A stretch of DNA of 64,000 nucleotides from Candidatus Omnitrophota bacterium (GTDB taxonomy: Bacteria; Omnitrophota; Gorgyraeia; Zapsychrales; Zapsychraceae), in the NCBI GenBank assembly GCA_015233405.1, contig JADFXT010000005.1, positions 74,210 through 138,209 of the forward strand, written 5' to 3'. A program made the translations under genes and the position numbers. The first letter of the stretch is position 1; every line of letters starts with the position of its first letter. Positions 60,397 through 64,000 of the stretch are shown here, one piece after another. A model generated the notes under the pieces. The model had not been told where the DNA came from, did no database searches, and saw nothing but the letters and a program-made list of their open reading frames with translations.

Positions 60397-61880
60397 CCCA
60401 TTTATCTTTTGAACAATTTAAATCCAAAGCCAAAGAACTGCTCGAGAAGTTCACTGGTAAACCCTTATCGACTAAAGATAAGATTTCGATTCCCATGCAG
60501 GAAATGCCGACGCAAGAACCTTTGGAAAGAATAAAAAATATGTCAGAGGTAGCTCTTGGATATTCTCCCGAGCAAGCCAAGCTTGAAGCGCTTCGTTGCC
60601 TGGAATGTAAAAATCTTCCTTGCATTAAAGGATGTCCTGTGCAGATCAATATTCCAGGATTCATCAAAGCCATTGCCGACGGAGACAATAAGCTCGCGAT
60701 TGATATTATTAAACGCAATAGCCTCTTGCCGGCGGTCTGTGGACGTGTTTGCCCGCAAGAAACCCAATGCCAGGAACTTTGTACCATCGGGAAATCTTTA
60801 AAAGACGTCAATCAAGCGGTGTCTATCGGGCGATTGGAACGTTTTGTCGCGGATTGGGAACGGGACAACCATTTAATGAAAGCCCCAGAGGTCAAACCTG
60901 AAACGCATAAAAAAGTTGCCGTCATCGGAAGCGGGCCTGCCGGCATTACTGTTGCCGCTGATGTTCGACGAGAAGGCCATAGCGTGACCATATTCGAGGC
61001 CTTTCATAAACCTGGTGGCGTTCTTATTTACGGCATCCCCGAATTCCGTCTCCCCAAAAAGATCGTCGAGATAGAGATCGAAACCCTTAAAAAAATGGGC
61101 GTTGAGATTAAAACAAATTTTGTCATCGGCCGGACAAAAACATTGCCAGAACTTTTAGAAAAAGACAAATTTGACGCCATCTTTATCGGCACCGGCGCTG
61201 GCTTACCAAAATTTTTAGAGATAGAAGGGGAGAATGCCATAGGGGTCTTTTCCGCCAATGAATATTTAACCCGGTCAAATCTGATGCGGGCTTATGATCG
61301 TGAACATGCCGACACGCCCATTGTCCGATCTCATAAAGTCGCGGTTCTAGGCGGAGGTAACGTCGCGATGGATGCCGCGCGCACCGCTTTAAGATTAGGC
61401 GCCCAAGAAGTTCACCTGATTTACCGCCGGACGGAAGTTGAGATGCCTGCCCGCGTCGAGGAAGTTGCACATGCCAAAGAAGAAGGCGTCCAATTTCATT
61501 TTCTTGAAAATGCGAAACGCATTATTTCCGACGATTACGGCTGCGTCAAGGCCATTGAATGCCTTAAATATCAATTAGGCGAACCGGACAGCTCCGGACG
61601 ACGACGTCCCATTGCCATCAAGGGAAGCGAATTTCTCTTTGAAGTAGACACGGTGATTGTCGCCGTCGGCAATGAATCGAACCCATTAATCAAACAAACC
61701 ACTCCGGACCTTAAAACGAACGAATGGGGCAATATTATCGCTGACGCCAACGGCAAAACATCCATGGACCGCGTTTTTGCCGGCGGAGATATTGTCATCG
61801 GCGCGGCTACGGTCATCTTAGCCATGGGACAAGGCCGCATTGCCGCCAAGTCCATTAATGAACTTTTGAGCTCTAAATAA
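60393..61880 (+). CDS. glutamate synthase small-subunit-like NADPH oxidoreductase (NfnB / GltD family)
   Basis: CLECKNLPCIKGCPV… and CGRVCPQETQCQ Fe-S motifs. VAVIGSGPAG and VAVLGGGNVAMD dinucleotide folds. 4-nt overlap with the preceding subunit gene. Confidence 0.8.
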   Translation: MTHLSFEQFKSKAKELLEKFTGKPLSTKDKISIPMQEMPTQEPLERIKNMSEVALGYSPEQAKLEALRCLECKNLPCIKGCPVQINIPGFIKAIADGDNKLAIDIIKRNSLLPAVCGRVCPQETQCQELCTIGKSLKDVNQAVSIGRLERFVADWERDNHLMKAPEVKPETHKKVAVIGSGPAGITVAADVRREGHSVTIFEAFHKPGGVLIYGIPEFRLPKKIVEIEIETLKKMGVEIKTNFVIGRTKTLPELLEKDKFDAIFIGTGAGLPKFLEIEGENAIGVFSANEYLTRSNLMRAYDREHADTPIVRSHKVAVLGGGNVAMDAARTALRLGAQEVHLIYRRTEVEMPARVEEVAHAKEEGVQFHFLENAKRIISDDYGCVKAIECLKYQLGEPDSSGRRRPIAIKGSEFLFEVDTVIVAVGNESNPLIKQTTPDLKTNEWGNIIADANGKTSMDRVFAGGDIVIGAATVILAMGQGRIAAKSINELLSSK

Positions 61881-61923
61881 AAAAACACCTCGAAATCATT
61901 ACTCTGACCTGTTTAAGAAAAAT

Positions 61924-62997
61924 ATGGACAATCCTGCCGCTCAATTCTGGAAAAGCACCAAAAAAGATAAAGTAACCTGCTATCTTTGCCCTCGAGGATG
62001 TATTTTAACCGAAGGGAAGAGCGGATTTTGCTGGACCAGAAAAAACGTCCAAGGGAATATGGTCTTAACCACCTATGGACAGGCCAGCGGATTCTGCGTC
62101 GACCCGATTGAAAAAAAACCTCTATATCATTTTTATCCGGGAACATCGGTTTTTTCATTTGGCACGACCGGATGTAATCTCGCCTGCAAATTCTGTCAAA
62201 ATTGGCACATGCAAACGCCGGAAGCTATTGAAAAAATCACGAACCAGAAACAAAAAGCGAGCCCGGAACAAATCGCTCAAACGGCCAAAGAACTTGGCTG
62301 TCACAGCGTCGCCTTTACTTATAACGAACCCATCACTTTTGCCGAGTTTGCCATGGACGTTGCCAAGGCATGCCGAAACATCGGAATAAAAACCGTGGCC
62401 GTAACGGCAGGATATATTACCGAAGAACCACGAAAAGATTTTTTTAAATATATGGACGCTGCGAACGTAGACCTAAAAGCCTTCACGGAAGAGTTCTACC
62501 ACAAATTGACCTCAACATCGCTAAAGCCGGTCTTAGAAACTTTGAAATATTTGGCAAAAGAAACCAATGTCTGGCTTGAAATCACAAACCTTATCATCCC
62601 CGGCGAGAATGATGACGAATCTGAAATCCATCAAATGACCGAATGGATCGCGAAAGAACTCCGCCTAGACATTCCACTGCATTTTTCAGCGTTTCATCCA
62701 GCCTTTAAAATGCTGGACCATCAAGCAACACCGGTCCAAACACTTTTAAAAGCTCGCCAAATCGCTTTATCCAAAGGATTACGCTACGTTTATGCCGGGA
62801 ACATCGTCGACGCGGAAAGTTCAACGACATTTTGCCATCATTGCAAAGAACTCCTCATTGAACGATATGGTTTTGAGATAACAACCTATAAACTCAAAGA
62901 CAAAAATAAATGCCCCAAATGCCAGACCGTTTGTGCCGGACAGTTTAGTGACAAGCCGGGCGAGTGGGGCTCAAAACGACTGCCTGTTTCTTTATGA
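61924..62997 (+). CDS. AmmeMemoRadiSam-system radical SAM enzyme (PflA-like activase family)
   Basis: CNLACKFCQNW (C-x3-C-x2-C), N-terminal CYLCPRGC and C-terminal CHHC…CPKC Cys pairs. This layout is typical of that subfamily. Confidence 0.7.
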   Translation: MDNPAAQFWKSTKKDKVTCYLCPRGCILTEGKSGFCWTRKNVQGNMVLTTYGQASGFCVDPIEKKPLYHFYPGTSVFSFGTTGCNLACKFCQNWHMQTPEAIEKITNQKQKASPEQIAQTAKELGCHSVAFTYNEPITFAEFAMDVAKACRNIGIKTVAVTAGYITEEPRKDFFKYMDAANVDLKAFTEEFYHKLTSTSLKPVLETLKYLAKETNVWLEITNLIIPGENDDESEIHQMTEWIAKELRLDIPLHFSAFHPAFKMLDHQATPVQTLLKARQIALSKGLRYVYAGNIVDAESSTTFCHHCKELLIERYGFEITTYKLKDKNKCPKCQTVCAGQFSDKPGEWGSKRLPVSL

Positions 62998-63767
62998 AAA
63001 TCTTAAGCTGGAACGTTAACGGCATTCGCGCCGTCGCCAAAAAAGGATTTATTGATTGGCTTATCAAAGAGTCTCCGGATATCTTGTGCCTCCAGGAAAC
63101 AAAAAGCTCGCCCGACCAACTTGCGCAGGAACTACTAGAACCTACAGGATATAAAACATTCTGGTCGTCAGCACAAAAGAAAGGCTATAGCGGCGTCGGC
63201 GTATTTACTAAATCAGCTCCCAATCATGTCGAGGAAGGCTTAGGTAAAAAAGAATTTGATCTAGAAGGCCGCACGCTCATGCTGGAATATCCAGACTTTG
63301 TTCTTTTTAATATTTATTTTCCTAATGGCGGCGAGGGGAATAAACGCGTGCCTTTTAAAATGGCTTTTTACGACGAATTTCTCAAAAAAGCCCTTAAACT
63401 TAAAAACCAAGGTAAGAAAATCATTCTCTGCGGCGACGTCAATACCGCTCATACAGAAATCGATTTATCCCGGCCAAAAGACAACGAAAAGAATACCGGA
63501 TTTCTACCCGAAGAACGCGCATGGGTCACCAAATTCATCGAACATGGATTTATTGACACGTTTCGATATTTTCACAAAGAAGGAGGACATTATTCCTGGT
63601 GGGATTATAAAACGAAGGCCAGAGAAAGAGATGTCGGTTGGAGGATTGATTATTTTTTTGTTACGGAAAGCCTGATCAAATCCGTCAAGAACGCTTTTAT
63701 TTTAAAAAATGTCTTGGGTTCAGATCACTGTCCTGTCGGGATTGAAGTGAAACTCCCTGGGCTTTAG
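62994..63767 (+). CDS. xth: exodeoxyribonuclease III
   Basis: MKILSWNVNGIRA, CLQETK, GDVNTAHTEIDL and SDHCPV motifs. ATGA overlap with the upstream stop. Confidence 0.9.
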   Translation: MKILSWNVNGIRAVAKKGFIDWLIKESPDILCLQETKSSPDQLAQELLEPTGYKTFWSSAQKKGYSGVGVFTKSAPNHVEEGLGKKEFDLEGRTLMLEYPDFVLFNIYFPNGGEGNKRVPFKMAFYDEFLKKALKLKNQGKKIILCGDVNTAHTEIDLSRPKDNEKNTGFLPEERAWVTKFIEHGFIDTFRYFHKEGGHYSWWDYKTKARERDVGWRIDYFFVTESLIKSVKNAFILKNVLGSDHCPVGIEVKLPGL

Positions 63768-63901
63768 CTAGCAGATTCCTCCAGAGCAAAAGGCATTTTG
63801 CATTCATCCTAGGGGCTAAAAGCCTCGAGCCTTCTGCGAGGGATTAAAATAATGGAATAAGTTTTGTAATCCCAATCATTTTTTGCTTAAATATAACTAC
63901 T

Positions 63902-64000
63902 ATGACTGCAAAATCACGAGGATTTGATCCCGAACTCATCAAGTCAATTATGACGGATGCCATTGCCAATTTTATTGAAAGCAAATGCAATTCCAAATTC
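63902..64000 (+). CDS. 5' end of an unidentified gene running out of the window
   Basis: ATG at 63902 opens a frame (MTAKSRGFDPELIKSIMTDAIANFIESKCNSKF) that stays open to the window end. Too short to identify. Confidence 0.3.
   Translation, partial: MTAKSRGFDPELIKSIMTDAIANFIESKCNSKF

Noticed and set aside
63774-63848. Possible third palindromic or MITE-like element after xth (GCAAAA-ggca-TTTTGC hairpin, plus imperfect ATTCCTCCAGAG / CTTCTGCGAGGGAT ends).
   Set aside because: The terminal repeats are too imperfect and there is no second copy in the window. It may just be a weak terminator region, so I did not call it.
1-64000. Prophage, integrative element, tRNA or rRNA genes.
   Set aside because: No integrase, transposase or phage-structural motifs were seen. 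No tRNA-like T-arm (GGTTCGAATCC-type) or rRNA-like sequence was seen in the intergenic regions inspected.

Overview
AT-rich bacterial chromosomal window with about 50 genes, all but two on the + strand. I see no rRNA, tRNA, CRISPR array, transposase or integrase. All homology calls come from motifs read by eye; no searches were run.

Ordinary content:
- Housekeeping genes: csp, ychF, glgP, a HIT protein, mutY, gltA, pepA, fumC, an NfnAB-like oxidoreductase pair and xth.
- A receiver-histidine kinase plus a CheY-like regulator.
- An envelope glycan cluster: polytopic membrane protein, UbiA prenyltransferase, GT9, three GT2 and divergent Wzm/Wzt.
- A carbamoyltransferase followed by two small membrane proteins.
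- Two secreted coiled-coil proteins and a trypsin-like protease fused to TPR repeats.

Standout locus (16341-34429): two translationally coupled giant ORFs of 2477 and 3551 aa (TAATG overlap).
- They share a signal-peptide-bearing N-terminal domain of about 400 aa and a C-terminal domain of about 80 aa.
- Their unrelated interiors are cut into about 20 modules by a recurring D-x-A-M-(T/M/V)-(T/A) junction.
- Five modules begin, exactly at the junction Met, with their own Tat-type (SRRNFLK, ERREFL) or Sec-type signal peptide.
- Other modules are cytoplasmic-type enzyme folds: a galactokinase-like GHMP kinase and an HPr-like module.
- This reads like a bacterial polyprotein or multi-cargo gene train. 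I cannot assign it to a described system.
- Each paralogue carries a different GC-rich double-hairpin palindromic element, in frame, at the same position of the shared N-domain. One of the two element types recurs in the intergenic region upstream of fumC.
- A 271-bp tract with a single mismatch indicates recent gene conversion between the paralogues.

A riboswitch-like leader (promoter, P1 stem, anti-terminator and terminator) precedes the two-component genes just upstream.
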